Shown: in pieces, positions 61,839 to 64,000 of the stretch
How positions within the stretch are numbered: position 1 is the first letter of the stretch
Layout: every line of letters begins with the position of its first letter
Origin: Raillietiella orientalis
Taxonomy: Eukaryota
Assembly (NCBI GenBank): GCA_036172245.1
Contig: JAYWIR010000006.1
Coordinates: 5,766,001-5,830,000 of the forward strand
Direction of reading: 5' to 3'
Length of the DNA stretch: 64,000 nt
Program-made: the position numbers and the translations under genes
The notes under the pieces: model-generated
What the model was told of the DNA's origin: nothing
Databases searched by the model: none
The model's input: only the letters and a program-made list of their open reading frames with translations

Positions 61839-64000
61839 GTGCGTCCTTCGCGGCGCAAAGTTTCCCCGTCCCTCGCTGGCACTTCGGCTGCGCCTCCCTA
61901 GCTTCCCGTTCGCTTCGCCGCCTCGCCCGCTCGCGTTTTCTTCTGAATTGCGGCGGGGCGGGGCGCAGTTTTCCCGGTTTGGGGCTCCACTCTTGCTTGC
62001 AGGGTACCCTCATCTGTAGGGGAGTCAAGGCACCACCGCCATGGGAGTCGCCTGGGGCATCCTTCGCTCTTGGTCAGGTCATTTCGCCCTTGTGCGCCGA
62101 AGACGTTCGTCGGTAGGGGAGAGAGGGATGGGTTGAGCGCTTTGAGGTTGGCGACGCCGCACGAGTCCTGCGAGCAGGTGGCGCCCGTCCTCCTAGTCGG
62201 GTGCCACGACCCCGATGGGAACTGATCGCGCTCCCCCACTCTGGGGGATATTCGTCCGCCAGTCGTCCCGCTGCGCGGACGAGGTCCTCTCTGAATTGGG
62301 CGGCGGCGGCGTGACTTCCTCCGAAGCGTGGAGCTGACAGAGGCCATGGTCTTGCTGCTTGTTGCCGTTCCGGAGGGACCCGTGTCGGGATGGGGGATCG
62401 CCATCCTGTGGAGTGGTCGAGGTGGCGCTGGATCGGTGGCTCGAGCCTGAGGGGGCCGTTGGCATGGGAACCGCTCGAGCGGGTGGTCTCCGGAGGGCAC
62501 CCGTGGGAAGCGGGCGATCCTGGGCGCGCGGACGCCGGATTCCGGTTTTACCCGAGGCTCGTCCGACTCTCCAGTGGGGGATCTCCTGACGGGGCTGCTG
62601 TTTTTTGTGGCTCCGCGTGGGCCTGGTACTGCTGCTCTTTCAAGTTGGCTGCTAAGTCCCCCTCACATTCGAGTTATGCGCACGCCCACTGTGCGACGGA
62701 CGGGCACGGCTTCCCGTCTTCGTTGCATAAGGTAGCGCATCCGAGAAAGTGAAGTGGTGGAAATTCCCTTCAGTTTGCGACGGATGAGGGGGAGGAGGGT
62801 TGAAAGGATCACTGGGCCTACGTGCAGGGAAATGATGGGAGGTGGGGGCCCTTTGAAAGCGTGAGGGGACGGACGTGGTCAAGCGACCCCAGGTGGAAAA
62901 GGAATGTGCGTGGAGCGCGTGCTGATTTGCCAATTTTTATGGAACGGGCGCTGCATCTCCAATGGGGTCTTGGCTGACCTCTGGAAGTCACATGCTGTTG
63001 CCTCGAAGGAGCGATTCCCTCAAAGACTTGGTTACTAAAGGGACCAAAGGTGATCGCCATGGTGCTCTGGCGTCCGTTGAACTCCTCTGGTGTGGTGGGC
63101 GCTGCCTCGCTGTCCAAACTCGGGGTGTGCTGAGGGGTGTTGGTGCTCGTTTGGACAGAAGCGAAGACGAAACTGCCGATGGTTCTGGGCTGGCAGATGG
63201 CGCTTTTCGGATAGGAATTCGCTCGGGGAGGGGGGAGGATCGGATGGGACTTCTCGTAGAGCCAGCGAGAGCCGGCCAAGGAGCGGAGGAAAGAGTTTGA
63301 CCACCACCTGCGGCTGGTCATCAGGAAGGGTAAGGAGGTTGGGGTGGAGCGAGGCGGCAGACGGGCATCCCGGCTTCTCGAGGAAGTCCCGGAGGGAGCC
63401 GCATGCGCGGAGAGTTGAGGTGGCGAGGCGCCTCCAGCGCCACGGCGGCGGCGGCGGCGGGGTTCGCTTCCGAGAGGGCTCTTTCCTCCGCCCTCCCTCC
63501 CTGCAGCCCGCGCCGCCCCGGGCTGACTCCCGGGAGAGTCAAAGCGCCACGTCGAGGCCGTACTCTTTCCGTGAGGCTGCTCCAGGCGGTCTACGGGAAC
63601 CTGGAGGCGGCTCCTGCGTAGAGCGACCGGACCAGCGAGGCCAGCGGTCGCTGGCGCGGCTGCCCCGCGCGAGACGCCGGGTCCCTTTGGCGGAGAAAAT
63701 CGGGCGAGGGGGGGGGGGGAACACGCAAAAAACTCTTTCCCCTTCCTTCCCGATGAAGCCTGTCCGACTGCTGAGATCTCTCGGAAGAGCTGCGGCCCTT
63801 ATCCGACGCGGTGCCGGTCAGAATCCCAGTGTGGGCGTCTCGAAAGATCACAAAAGTAAATAAATATGCTGATTGTATGCCTTAATATATATATTCTTGT
63901 ATGAATTGGTTACATATTTATTTTAATGTGCATATGCTTAGTATTTGTTAAGATACATTTTATTGATATTAACATTATTCTAACATATACGTTTATTAAT

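Larger units (their letters stand above)
57609..62660 (+). repeat. Right arm of the large inverted duplication
   Basis: 57640 onward mirrors 55730 downward; 57609-57638 mirrors 56441-56470 (29/30). Identity decays beyond about 62450. Confidence 0.95.

Noticed and set aside
63770..63840. B-box-like ggtcagaatccc suggesting a tRNA or SINE
   Set aside because: No A-box or cloverleaf could be built.

Overview
Intron-containing eukaryotic genomic DNA, almost certainly from an arthropod: it carries a tramtrack-group BTB domain, an arthropod-type secreted CUB-like protein family and TCAGT initiators. Most of the window is GC- and CpG-rich, with one AT-rich, CpG-depleted island at about 20-24.8 kb. 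Most long ORFs in the supplied track are spurious products of high GC; the real genes are spliced. Five protein-coding genes could be built by hand: (1) an SLC2A/GLUT-type sugar transporter on the minus strand, running off the left edge, with two candidate alternative first exons at 10.2 and 18.1 kb; (2) a BTB-zinc-finger factor (22243-23835, +) with 40- and 41-nt introns; (3) an MFSD6-like MFS transporter with a Cys-rich loop (34909-40572, +); (4, 5) two near-identical 7-exon secreted CUB-like genes arranged head-to-head in the arms of a ~5-kb inverted duplication (about 50.7-62.7 kb). Between the arms lie a 710-bp segment found on the left side only, which holds a 36-bp/12-aa repeat next to a hairpin, and an exon-less relic of a third paralog that keeps only promoter, intron-4 and poly(A) modules. 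No rRNA, tRNA, CRISPR array or autonomous transposon ORF was recognised. All alignments, identities and counts were made by eye.
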